In this document: positions 15,692 through 28,733 of the stretch, in pieces | Layout of the letters: every line of letters starts with the position of its first letter | Numbering within the stretch: the stretch's first letter is position 1 | Assembly (NCBI GenBank): GCA_012295275.1 | Contig: CM022679.1 | Location: 11,098,001-11,162,000, forward strand | Direction of reading: 5' to 3' | DNA: 64,000 nucleotides | From: Chrysomallon squamiferum | Taxonomy: Eukaryota > Animalia > Mollusca | The notes under the pieces: generated by a model | Told to the model about the DNA's origin: nothing | The model's database searches: none | The model's input: only the letters and a program-made list of their open reading frames with translations | Program-made: the position numbers and the translations under genes

Positions 15692-15697
15692 TTTATT
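15692..15697 (-). terminator. Candidate distal SoxE polyadenylation signal AATAAA
   Basis: Plus-strand TTTATT at the end of a ~3 kb 3'UTR-like stretch, ~30 nt from a UGUACAUA element. Other AATAAA hexamers exist (e.g. 18034-18039), so the choice is uncertain. Confidence 0.3.
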
Positions 15698-17001
15698 CAA
15701 AACTTGAATAGTAACAATCTACAAAATATGTACACAATGATCTGAAGGCTAAAACAATACATTTTTTTTTTTTTCTATAAGTTTTTAAAACGGAGATCAC
15801 AAATTCTCTATGTTACAAATTTCTAATAATTAATTGAGTTTATTATTTTTTAAATTTTAGTTGACAGTTTTCTTGATTTTTCACACAAGGAGATACTGTT
15901 AATAAAAATACACATCTGTTAATTGTTTTTAAAGAAAAAAAAGAACATTCAGCATTTCATAATTTCAAAGGACAAAAAGAGATAGTCTAACAATAATAAT
16001 GTTATTATAATTTAGATCTTTTTTTTTTTTTTTTTTTTTTTTTTTTCTTTTCTAATTGCTTTAAGACTTAATTTTATAGACTGGAGATAGGTAGAACCAT
16101 TTTAAAGATGCATCAATAATATAATTTATATATAAAATGAAATACAAACATTTTTACGACACGTCAGAGATAAATATTTCATAATAAAATATAAATGTTA
16201 TTAACACGACAATAATTTAGGTATGTCTGCATGAATTAATGCAAAAAGTAGTAATAAAACGATATTAGAATCTACATATTCGTTGCTTTCTTTCTTTGTG
16301 GTTTAATATCATTGTCAAATCTCCTAGACGAAGACGATATGGCTTTAGAGATCGATTTTAAGTTATTTACACTGATTAAGCAGCTTTCCAACGACACAAT
16401 TTATAGTAACAACTTTTTTTAACTGGCTAAGCATTTCGGGTTCTTTTAATTTTGATTGGCTAACTTTTTACTCATCAGGTTGTATTTAGACATTTACAAC
16501 AAAAATCAGGCCTTTCATAAATGTGTTTTTAACCCATGAAAAATAAAAAAATAATTTTAAAAAATTCGTTAGAATAAATCATATTGTGAAAATGGATCTA
16601 TTACTGACCTCCCAATGTAGTACATGCATAAAAGAGAAACGATAACGATAACAGATTTGCATAGATTTGTTTACACAGTCTAGTCTATTTGCATATAAAC
16701 AATTTCAAAAATGTATCTTCAAACAATAGTATACTAAAACGTAAAAGAAACGTCACATCATTTGTGAAAACAAAAATGTATATATTTTTAAATATTTTTT
16801 AAAACGTTTCAATATAAATGTTAAAATTGACAAGAATTTTTATTTTTAAATATCTAGAGATTTTTGTTTGTATTACATGCTAAAACAAAAACTATAATAT
16901 ATATAAAAACGGTGTGTCGTTTCTTTTGTGAATCAGTATACCTGAGATCACACTAAAATCATAAATACAAATATTAAGTTAGAAAACAAGAACACTAATC
17001 C

Positions 17002-17037
<36 letters not shown>

Positions 17038-18739
17038 TTCTTTTAATGTTAGATTTGCAGCAAGTATTTCTACTGTACAAAACATAACACTACATATTAC
17101 CAAAACTAAAAATGTTGGGTCACTGCAAAACCAAGTTATAATTTTTAAAAAATACATCAAAAAGTTACATTCTTCAGGTGTTTTTTTTTTTCACATTTAT
17201 ATTGAAACTATTAATGTTTTACATATAAAACAGAACAAAAAGAAGCATGTGATCCTGGCTTCTCTAAACATCGATCAAGCAAAGGACGTGAAATGCAATT
17301 AATACATTATTCTGAATATCAAAAACAGACATTATTAATATCGAGTGAAACAAAATAATAAATATACGTTTTGTTATTTCTTATTTCACGATATCAAGCA
17401 CTATGAAAATTTATTTGTCATGTACGCGGTCACCTTCAACGACGACAAACTACATCGCCTTCGTTTGTGACATTCATCAGCACACAGAACCAGTTTCAAA
17501 AAACACGATCAGAGTTTAAAACGTCTTTATCCAGTTCCGTGGTTCAAGCACGTCTCTCGTGGGCCTGATATTTACCACTGTTAGCAACAGCGATCGGAAA
17601 TGTGGACGTTACATATTTACAATGTGCACTTTAGGCGAATGTCCACAAAACAGTGTATTAGATCTATTATCAGAGAAATTACTAACTTCATTAAAATCCA
17701 TTAAATATATTTACGAAAAATTATAAATAATGAGAATGTTTTTAAAATGTATTATTTTCATCTGAGGAATTTAAAAAATAACGCTATGGTTCTGCAATGA
17801 GTATTTGCATAGTGGAAGACAAAATGTTGTGTTGTGCATAAATGAGTTACTAAAAGAGCCTATGCAGAGCTCTCTAACATTAAGTTTTATCAGCGACATG
17901 TACATATACAACATAATACGTCTAGTTACTATTAACCGACAAAATACGAATAATTATAAACAGTTAACATTTACAAGTTTCATAAAATATATATCTCTTT
18001 AAAAAAAAAATCTAACAGCTTAGTTCTGAACTATTTATTAAATAATGACAAATCTAGATGTGGTAAAAATTAAAATTTAATATCTATTTATTATCTACCG
18101 TGTATATATAAACACTCTACAGAAAGCACCGTTATAGTAATGGTGAATGTTTGGTTTCGTTGTTTTTGTACCTTTTGTTGTTTCATCACTTGATTACATC
18201 GAATGCATTTCGTGTTCATACTGTGTTAATATTAAAAAAAAAACACACACAAATAAATGTTCTTCACAGAGTGTCCCAGTTCAGAACATTTCTCCAAAAC
18301 TGGTCCATAATGTCAAACACAGGACTGTTCAGTTGCTAAATAATACAAGATTAGGTGAATCCTTCAAAGCTTTCTGATACATGGTGCATTCACACGAAGA
18401 TGCTGTTATAAATACTGTTTTAAACAAGTTTGTTATTCACTGCTTCAAGTTTTAACACGTGGACAATTGTAGCAAAAACTTTGTAGTCATCTATATAAAA
18501 ATGATGTTTCTTTCTGAAATGTTTTCAAGCCGTGATCTGTCCACTTTGAGTACAGCGAAGTCTTGAGCACTTTCTCTAGCATCTCTCGCACGCCAGTGTC
18601 ACAAGTTTCCTCTCTCACTTGTTTCTCACCGGTATTATGCATCAGAGCTGTTAAATGAGATCAAACATTCTTTTCTTCATTATCTTGTCATTATTTCTGA
18701 TTTTCTCTAACAAAACAAAAAAAAAGAAATTCAGACACC

Positions 18740-19411
18740 TCACGTGAACCTCTCCCACGACGGCTCCCCGGGGACAGCGGCTGGTATGGGGTTAAACATT
18801 TGACGGTGAAGGCCCATTGTATACTGATATCCCGGCGGCATGGGTGGGCCGTTCTGCGTGAGAAACGAATTCTGTGTGGTTCCGTTGTAGCCTAGAACAT
18901 TGTCCATGGTGTATCGGGCCGTCGAACCGTCGAAGGAATCGTACTTTTGGTCCACCCTGTACGGCTGCGGCTGATGCGCCGACAGTTGCTCCATCTTTAC
19001 CTGGGAGTTGTCGTCTTCTTGGTACTTGCACTCTGATGGGTTTGTGTGGTAGTTGTTTCTAGGCATCGGAGGCGAGCCTTTGATGTAGCGTGTTGCGTGG
19101 GTGTCCAGATGGTTCGTTGATCTCGTACTGCGGGCTGGACGGCGAGTTGTTGTTGGGAGGTATGTACGACTGGGCGCAGGAGTTGCCGGAGGACACCCTG
19201 TACGACGTGGCCCAGCTCGTCGACGTTGCTGTAGGAACAGGCTGGCCAGAGTAGCACGGATAGGACTCGTTGTTGCCTGGTGGTCCTTGTGGGAGATGGA
19301 CGCCAGAAGGTGGAAGATACTGATCCAAGTCGTGATCGTCAAACGGGTCGATGATTTCTGGACTCAGATCTACATGGCTAAAGTCAATAGGGTTCGCAGA
19401 GTTGCCTTGTC
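18740..19411 (-). CDS. SoxE: SoxE exon 3: K2 domain and C-terminal region, with an apparent +1 frameshift near 19079-19081
   Basis: Acceptor TTTTCTCTTGCAG|GA is in phase with exon 2. IDFSHVDLSPEII...FDDHDLDQYLP matches SoxE K2. That frame stops at 19059, while the +1 frame continues ...VKMEQLS...HRQMFNPIP...WERFT* to 18740. Removing one base gives a 460-aa protein. Confidence 0.88.
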
Positions 19412-19688
19412 CTGCAAGAGAAAACAAGATGTTACAGAATTAGCTGAATAACTCTTAAAATTTTTAATTATTTATAACATTTTACATTGTTTAATGTTCA
19501 AAGTAAAAAGAGTTCGCGACAGTTAATTTGGTGGAAATATTTATATATACTAATACTTTTAACTAAAGTAATTTTAACTAACGATTTTTAAAGTACAATG
19601 AAGAAAGTTATTTCAAATATCTTAATAGGAGTAGTAGTTAATGTTCTAGAAGAAAGAAGAGTCGCAGTATAAATTCATTAATACATAC

Positions 19689-20041
19689 TTCTGTATCCGC
19701 TAGGCACCATAGGTCTTCCGGTCTTTCTGTCGTAAATACATTTCAGATTGAGAGCCTCGTGTTGATTAGGAGTCGTTGGAGGAGTTGGTGGTCCGTTCGA
19801 TCCTCCTGGCTGGCTGGAACACTCGCTGGAACAGTCGTCGCTAGGAGACGAGCTGTCTCCCAGAGGCTTGAGGAGGACTCCAGAAGGAAGAGGACTGGAG
19901 TTGTCGTTGGCTTGGTTTGCTCCTTTGAGGGGTTTGCGACGTCTGGGCTGATACTTGTAGTCAGGGTAGTCTTTCTTGTGCTGAACTCTGAGTCGTTCTG
20001 CCTCGTCCACGAAAGGACGTTTCTCATCCTCGCTGAGTAGT
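19689..20041 (-). CDS. SoxE: SoxE exon 2: rest of HMG box and GPPTPPTTP motif
   Basis: Acceptor GTTTTCCAG|A completes Arg (AG|A). Then [36 protein letters not shown] ... GPPTPPTTP. Donor AGA A|GTATGT (phase 1) at 19688. Confidence 0.96.
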
Positions 20042-20746
20042 CTGGAAAACACAGATGTATACAATGTTACAGTTACCGTTTATAGTCCACTGTGCAATAC
20101 TGTGTGTGCGTTTGCGTATGTGTTTATGTTCGTGGTTATCTGCATGTAAACGCGCACCAAGAGAGACGATTCATCGTTTTTAAAGAAAAAAATTATTAAA
20201 AAAAATATTTCAAAGTTTTTCAAAAACCATCGAAAAACATTTTTAATGATACTTGAAAAATAATGAAGTTAAAAGTAGCAGATAATTATGAGAAATTAGT
20301 ACAGCAACTAAAGAACCTCATAGAAGAAAATGAGTTTTGGCAAAATTCTCAGATTTCTAAACATGATGACGATTTTTTTTTTTTCCTGTGTCAAGAAACG
20401 CAAACAAAATTCTTGTTCAGTTTTAATAAACATGGACTTATTCAATGGAAAAACGAAACTGACAAACTGGCTTGAAAAACAAACAAAAGAAACGACAACA
20501 ACAAAAATAAATAAAAATAAAAATAAAAATAACATCAACAACCAGAAACGTAAACACAGTTACAAATAAACGTCTTCCGAGCTCTGATGATGATAATGTA
20601 ACTTCAAAACACTTCCATCGGTAGTTCATTTCAGTTTTACATTTATTTAAGTAGAGCTAAGAACTGGAAATTACTTTCTGACACTTAAACTTATCTGTTT
20701 ACTTTTATTCATTAACTCTATACCTTTGAGATTTCAGACATTAATG

Positions 20747-20779
<33 letters not shown>

Positions 20780-21789
20780 ACTAACTAAAAACTAAATAAA
20801 AAAACAAGTTGCGCTCGCTGTATGAATGAGAAGTATCAGGTGACGGGTATCGAGTTAAATCAGGGTAATCAAGGCAACGACACGCCTGCTGTTTACGGGA
20901 ACTGTTTACGACCACCACGCTTCTGACAGGTAAAAGAGGACAACATGAACACCACCACGGCTTTATGAACCTTTTTGCAAAAAAAAAAAAAAAAAAAGAT
21001 AAAAAAGAAAAAAAAGAAAATTCTGACGCTTCGATCAAACGTCTTTCATCTGAACGTGGGTTTACACACGTACCCGTCAAAAAAAGCAAGAGAGAGAAAA
21101 AAAAAAAAGATGGATGAAACTTAAACTGTTCATGTGTGAATTAGACACGTCGTTCTCGACATGGTGCCCCACTTTTAAGCTCGTTTCGTCTCGTGTTTTG
21201 CTGACGGCAGCATCTGATATAGCATTGTTTCCATACACTGCGTATACCCAGCTACGGAGGGGTAGGAGAGGTCACGTCGCTGTATTGAGGCTACCTGGCG
21301 CAACAAGTTGTAAGCGAGGTTTATATGAATGGACTTGTCACATGGCATAAAAAAAAAAAAAAAAAAAAAAAGGCAGAAGAAAAAAAACAACCAGGAAAAT
21401 AAAAAACCCAACAACACAGCTGAGCATAGTAAACTATCAGTTGTTATTGCACATGTAATATAAAGACATGTTGTATGCGTTACGCTTCAATGAACCGCCA
21501 GCGGGAAATGTAATACCTGGCCACTGGATGTATTAGTTAATGTATTAAATAAACAACAATAAATGTAAGAGTTCTGGCAAATTTCTTTGTGGCGTGACGT
21601 CGTATACTCGATAAAAAAAAATTAAAGGCCGATATAAACACAGTGAGAGGAATATTCATGTATACAACAGTAGATGTGGCATGTGAATAAAACCAAAAAA
21701 AAAACTTGAATGATAGTAAACACTGTGCAACAGAATAAATAAATAAACGTACAAAAGGTAAAATTAATTATCATAAAGGTCGTGACGTC

Positions 21790-21793
<4 letters not shown>

Positions 21794-21847
<54 letters not shown>

Positions 21848-21859
21848 AGAGAGAGAGAG
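21794..21859. repeat. (AG)n microsatellite
   Basis: Directly visible. Confidence 0.95.
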
Positions 21860-23518
21860 CAGATTTTAAAAGCGGATTAAAGACAGAATACGTATGGACA
21901 AGAAAGGAAAAAGCGGTGCAGAATCTTATTCTACAAAATAAACATATTTCATAATGAATACTATCATTTATTTCAGAAAACTATTACATATTCCGCTAAA
22001 CTACTATTATACTGCATCAAAGCTGCAAACATAAAATGTGTACCGCAATAACCCCTGAAGATATTCCATCATACAGTAAGACTAATAAATCGTGTTTACA
22101 CAATTAATGTGTCATGGCTCTTCGCTTGAAGTTTCTGTGATTGATGTTGACGTAAACGAACAACAACGGCATGGAGTCAGCTATATTTACCAACAACAGT
22201 CACAGCACTGTCACAATTCTGACAGTGGTTCAGATTGGAAAAATTCGTTTAAAACATGTAGATGACTATTTTCTGTTACTTATATTTGTACTTACTTATT
22301 TTTAGTCTCCAGTGACAGCTTTGGGTACAGTTTTTACTACGAAAGAATTCACGATTTTTTATGAATGTTTAAAATTAACTCTGTACTTAACAACACTAAA
22401 AACTGGCATTTTTTTCTTTTATAACTGCTCTGTTAGCATTTTATTTATGAATTACATCCAAACACAGATCATACAACATATGTTCCATGAATTATTCCCT
22501 TTCAAAAACTAAATTATATCTGTTTGTTGACTGCTTCTTTTGAGAAATAGAAATTTTGAGAAGAAAACAGTAATAAAAAAATATTTATATAATAATATAC
22601 TACTGGCATTAATTTATTACAAAATCAAAGGTCTGAAATTTCTGAAAACAGTTAATTGAGAAACAGCAGGCATTCTATGCAATAAATACCTGAGGCCATA
22701 CTCCGATTTTAAGACTACATTTTACCAATTCATAAAATTGTTTTTCATCAACAGTTTATTGTTTCTGCATGCCTACACTGAATGAAAACAAAACACGTTA
22801 CATGTTTATAAAAGATTTCAGTTAGTCTTTCATTCAGGAACAAAATGACGCCTACAGTGCGTTTCCCTGACACGGTGTTTTGGGTATTTTGGAATTACCC
22901 GTAATCCTTTGCTTTAGTTAGAAACACCCCTTCAATGATCCCCGCTCGCGACCCGTGACCAGTGTTATGGTCAGCAAAACACGATCAAAGAGAAATACGC
23001 AATGGACAGTCTCTCGTACGTGACTCCAGAAAGGCTGCCGGATAGCGCCGTTGTAGCACGTGCACGCACGTTCACTCCGCGTGAGCGACCGATTATCTCG
23101 ATGCCGTTCTTTGTTTGAGCTGTGGTGTCGAATCTGGCAAGGACAGGAATATTAACTCCAAGTCCTATTTGATCTGAAGCTCAGAGTTCGTTTTGATGAA
23201 GTCTGCTAGCAAGAACAATTCAAGTTTGTTTGAGTTGTCATGGAAGCGCGCGGGTAACAATTCGCGTCGCCCACGTGCCATCACGTCATTCGGTTAGTGA
23301 AAATGCTGCGGTGAATGAAGACGTCACACAACGTTGTTGTTGGTTTATATTCGGTGTTTGGATACTGTTTGCAATCAGTTTGGAAACACGGACTTGAGAA
23401 ATTCAAGTTTTTGAATGTCATATTAAAGGGGACGGATTTTAACTGTTTCAAAATAGGGTTGACTAAATGCACAATGTAAATATAGTTTTTAAATAAAAAT
23501 ATATTTCTATTTATTTAG

Positions 23519-23569
<51 letters not shown>

Positions 23570-23642
23570 TAATTAATTGATTAACCAGATTATTTTTATC
23601 ATCGTCATCAACATTAAGACAAAACATAAATAAATAAATAGA

Positions 23643-23673
<31 letters not shown>

Positions 23674-24929
23674 AATAAAATAAAATAAAATAAAATTAAA
23701 TAACGAAAAAAAACAAACAAATAAAACAAATAAAATACAATAAAATAAATCCAGAACTAGCACGATTTATCTGGACTGGATTGACAAAATCAAGACGGCG
23801 TATTACAAACGTGACAGCTCATCAAAAACGGATGAGTGTTTTTATTGCCGTAAAATACATCATTTCTGGTTGTAAACGTGTCTTAATCCACCGGCACCGT
23901 AACGCTAAACCTGCTTTTATTTCCCAGCTCTTTTTATGACGTAAAGCACTCGCGAACGAGCTCTTTGCTTCTTTGAAGTCCCTAGTACGTCACAACAGGA
24001 CAGTAACATAATAGAGAACTTCAATGAAGTTGATATGGTGAATGCAGATTATACATTTTGCTGAATTTCTTTCTTTCTTTTTCATTATTTGTTTAAATAA
24101 ATTTTCTTACTTATAAAATGTGTATTTTATAAAACAGTTAAAACAAATACATATAATTATACATATCTGCTGAGAGACAAATTCTTCATTCCTATTTGTT
24201 ACTTAATTTTAACTTATTCAAACAAAACGTGTAAATAATTCACTTAAATAAATAAATTTAAAGAAGATAATTCATACTTGATTTCAAACCAAAAAAAACC
24301 CCAAACCACAACGATTAAAGTATATAACAAACGATATTCACTTTAATTATGAAATTATTCTCCAGTCTAAACTTAGATAACCGCATTACACATTTCCCTT
24401 AGCATGACAATACAATCTGTGATAAGTTATATTTACGATATTACACATCACAAACGACAGCGGGGGGAAAAATTTAAAAACTCGGCTATCGTAGAGAACA
24501 CACAAGAACGAAAACTCGCTATTTCCGGTCGGAAATACTATAATACTTGAGTGATTCGTGGAGGAAACGATATTTACGTAACGAATTTGTCAGAATCTAC
24601 GCCACTAGATGACACCAGTGTAAATCAGTGCTAGATATGCTTGTGTGAACACGATATGAAGCGTTAGAATGTTTTTAAATTATCCTCCCCGTTTAATTTA
24701 CGCCTACGCAGATTATGATAATTCTTGTATAATATTTTTATCTTAGAAAGCGCAATTTCCATGAATGGATGAATAAAATAAACAGACTAGTGAATAAGTG
24801 GAAATCGCATACTGCGGTTTTTAGCAAGTTAAATATTTATTATTTCTAATAAACATTCTTGTTATACTCTGATAGTAGAAAGGAATTTTTTTTTTTTTTT
24901 TTTTTTTTTTTCCCCAGTTCAGCTTAATT

Positions 24930-25270
24930 TTTTACCCAGAAAATATTCTGGACCGATTCTTTGTTCAATAAGATAATATAACACGAAACTTTACTGTGTC
25001 TGACTGTTTGCATCTATGTGTGTATAACATTAACCATTGGAATATTTGTATACAGAATTGTTTCTTTTTTTTACGTCTGGCTGTCTGTCTGTCTGTTTTT
25101 CGACCATGATCTAGACAGGACTCTTTGTATCACGCGAACCTATCATGTCTGTCTGTCTGTGTATCTGTCTAACATGGTCCAGACAAGAGTATTTGCATGA
25201 CACGTTTTGTAAAAATTGTAGACATAGGTAAATATTTACATAGTTACTCGTGTTGAGTAACGGGAAATTT
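24930..25270. mobile_element. Possible decayed Helentron-associated (HINE/DINE-like) element
   Basis: Degenerate ~65-bp internal duplication, (GTCT)n runs, terminal hairpin GTTACTC-GTGTT-GAGTAAC followed by GGG, T-rich flanks. Confidence 0.25.
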
Positions 25271-25780
25271 AATTCCAATTTGATCGTGCGCTATCTGTTT
25301 TTGATTCATTTTTCTTTACTCGGATTTCAAAATTGAGGATTAAAAAAAAAGAAGAAGAAAAGAAGAAGAATAAGATAAAAATAAAATGAAATAAATATGA
25401 AAAAATACATACAAAGATACTGTTAATACACGGAATATAACCGAGAAAGATGTTCAGAAAGTATTTTCAATTCTTCATAACAATGACGATATTTTAATTT
25501 AGATTTATTTCACGCTGTTTTTATTTTGTCTTTGTAGTTTTATGTAAAAACAAATTGTAATTGTTTATTTATATATTTATTTATTTATTTGATTATTTAT
25601 TTTGAATGCATATGTTAATTTGTTTATTTTATCTATAAAAATCAGAAATAATTGTATAATTTATTTATTTTGATGGACTGTTTCTGCTGTTTTTTAATGC
25701 ATTATTTTATAATATTAGTTGAAATATCCTTTTGGTTGTTAACACCTTAGAAAAAAAAAATCCATCCAATCCAGTGATTA

Positions 25781-25811
<31 letters not shown>

Positions 25812-28660
25812 TCAACGGGATATGTCGAAATTACGCTAATGTGAAGTCTAAACAAACGCTACAAAAGAAAACCGGATCTACTTGTTTCATTCGCTATCTC
25901 GCGGTCGCGTGCGAACTATTTCTTGTCCCGTGTTTGCCGCCTCGGGATCCTTCACAAAGAGTGTGTCAGGGAGATGCTAAGAGGCGGGGGTCGGGTAAGG
26001 GCGCGGGCCAGGATAGACTGTCGTCTGACACTTTGTTTCCATCGGTTCTGCGTTTGCGTCTCGGCTACCGGAAACAACAAGACGGCAGGCGCTGGTCGCG
26101 CGCATGTCACGAACGGTCATCGTGTCGGAGTTTGCTCGGATACAAGAACACGTCCATGATGACCCGTGGTCAAAGCTCGTGAGTCCTGGCCACTTAGCGA
26201 GCAAACACAAAAAGTGTTGTTCTACGCAATCCTGTTTACTGATCAACACCTCAGAATTTGGATAAAACCAACATCTTAATGTCTTTAACCATGTTAGTTA
26301 ACCGTCTAACCGTGTCGTGAATATAACGAACAAGATCTAAGAAAACTTTTGTTTTAGACACTTGCTGTTTTGGCAGAAGAAAATGGCAATGAAGCAAGAA
26401 TTTCTCAAAACGCCAAATATCTAACGTCCAATAACCAACGACAGAAAAATAATCGGGTTATTCTAGTCATTGAACTATGTTTTAATGATTTATTATTATT
26501 ATTATTATTATTATTAAAGAATGAATGCATGAATTAAACTGATGTATACTTTCATGCATTTTTAGCAGAATGCGTTTTGCTAATTTTTTTTTTTCTTTTT
26601 TACATCAACGTTATAACATTTCATTCTTACTTAAATTTCATTTTCTCAGCAATAAAACTACATTTGAAAAAGTTCTCATATCATCTTGCCTATTTTGTAC
26701 ACTCTTTCAAAACATCGCTAAACAAACATGGCAAATTTGGTGTCTTGTTTAACATGACCGATTACAAAACAAAAAAAGAATTCAAAAAAAAAAACAGAAC
26801 TTTTAAAAAAAACATTAAAAATAGAAACAACCTAAGAAAACTTTTGAAGTTTTTTATTTATTTATTTATTTATTTTGCAGTTTTATTTTTTTTTTTTTTT
26901 TTTTTTTAAACACATACATGCATATTATTATTTTTTACTTTTTTATTTTTTTTTCACGGAATGTGGAAAGACATAAATTTTTACATGAAAAGTGACGACG
27001 TCGAGTCGGGGTCTGGTGATGGGGACTAGGAAAGCGATACGACGACGTCAGCGGAGACTAATTGTGTTTGTATTCTGTGATAACCCCCGGGTTACGGTTT
27101 CGCTAACAATCTGTCTTACTCCTTTCTAATCTGTTCGGGCCACCATTCTCACGCCGCCGTCATATATATGTCATAAAAACTTTGTTTTCTTCTTGCGCTA
27201 TTCCATCACACTTGTCGCTCTACTGCGACCTACCAGCAGGGCGCCTCGTATCATGGCCAGGCTAAAATATTTTGATTTTTAAATCATACTCTCCCTCCCT
27301 AGATGATGGCCGGCAAAAATAAAAATAAAAAAATAAAAAAATAACAAAGCTGTTCCCAAGAATTGTACCGAAAATCTAATGTGTATGTGTGTGGTGGTGT
27401 CTTTGGCATATATAGTAAGGAATGCATATGCATATATATATATATTACACACACACTTAAGGGCCATGTGTGTTTACTGGTATATATGTGTGAATGTATT
27501 ATATGAAATTATGTAAGTTTGTATGTTGTAGGTATATAGGTATGTATGTAAGTATATTTGTATCAGTGTATACATGTGTCTGTATGTGTGTGTGTGTATA
27601 TGTGTGTGTGTCTGTGTGTGTGTATGTGTGTGTGTGGGTGGGTGTGGGTGTGTGAATGAAATCTACGAAGCATGTGTCTGTGGTGAAAATGAAAAATGAA
27701 TTACTTCACATATTAAGTTCAAAAATGTTTGCGGTCACGCGAGTCCGCCTGAAAGACAGCTTGTAAAGAATATATATAACATGCGATTTATTTTCGTAGC
27801 GGGAGTAATGTGTATTACTCAAATCTGGTTTCAATAGAAGTGAAAAATGAATGAAACTACGTCATAATGTCGTGACGTCCGCATCAAAGGAATATACATT
27901 CAATTTATCAAACTGTCAGAACAAAACAAAACAAAACAAAATAAAAATAAAATAAAAAAATAAAAATGAAAAATAAAAAATAAAAATTAAAAAAATTACA
28001 TAATAAAAATAGAACGTAAATAAGTATAAATACCTTTTTAAAAAAAATATATATATAAAGACAGTTAAGGATTTTGGGTCGTTTGCTGTGAGAATGTGTG
28101 TGAATATTTTATAGTATTCTTAGAAAAATAATGCTTTGTCTTTGACAGAGAAGACGAGAAAAGAGGAAGATAATAAATCTCTGTATTGACCTAGTCGAGT
28201 TTTATTATTGTTTTATTTTACTATTAAAGGGAAAATAAATACAAATGAAAGAAAAGGTTTTTGCTAAGTTGACGGTTTTGGTTTGTGAATATTTTCTTCC
28301 TTCCTTTGTTTTGTTTTATTGTTTTATTTATTTTCGTTTCTTTCTCTATTTTTTTTTCTTTAAAAAAAGAAAAGAAAAGAAAAGAAAGAAAAAGAAAAGA
28401 TTAGAAAAAAGAAAAAGAAAATAAATAATGGTAGTTTTTTTTTATTATTATTTCTTGAACTTTGAAGTTATCTTTGTTTTGTTTTTGTTTTGTTTGTTGT
28501 TGTTTGTTTTTTTTATTTTTTTAATCCTCTTTTCTTCTTTAATTTCCCCATCAATTTTATTATCATTATTTTGTTTCCTCTTTATTATTTTTATTCCATC
28601 TGTTTAAATTATTATTATTATTCATCTAAGAAGAGAATTAATTTTTAATTCCTAACTTCA

Positions 28661-28665
<5 letters not shown>

Positions 28666-28728
<63 letters not shown>
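28666..28728. repeat. (CT)n microsatellite
   Basis: Directly visible. Confidence 0.95.

Positions 28729-28733
<5 letters not shown>

Noticed and set aside
19060-19200. Micro-intron as the explanation for the SoxE frameshift
   Set aside because: No consensus donor or polypyrimidine tract; the one GT..AG pair I checked (51 nt) does not change frame.
18792-20040. Alternative-frame and antisense ORFs over SoxE exons 2-3
   Set aside because: Shadow ORFs of GC-rich coding sequence. Only the distal part of 18740..19342 is SoxE-like.
25841-26249. 113-, 78- and 90-aa ORFs in intron 1
   Set aside because: Non-ATG starts, open on both strands because of local GC richness, no recognisable homology.
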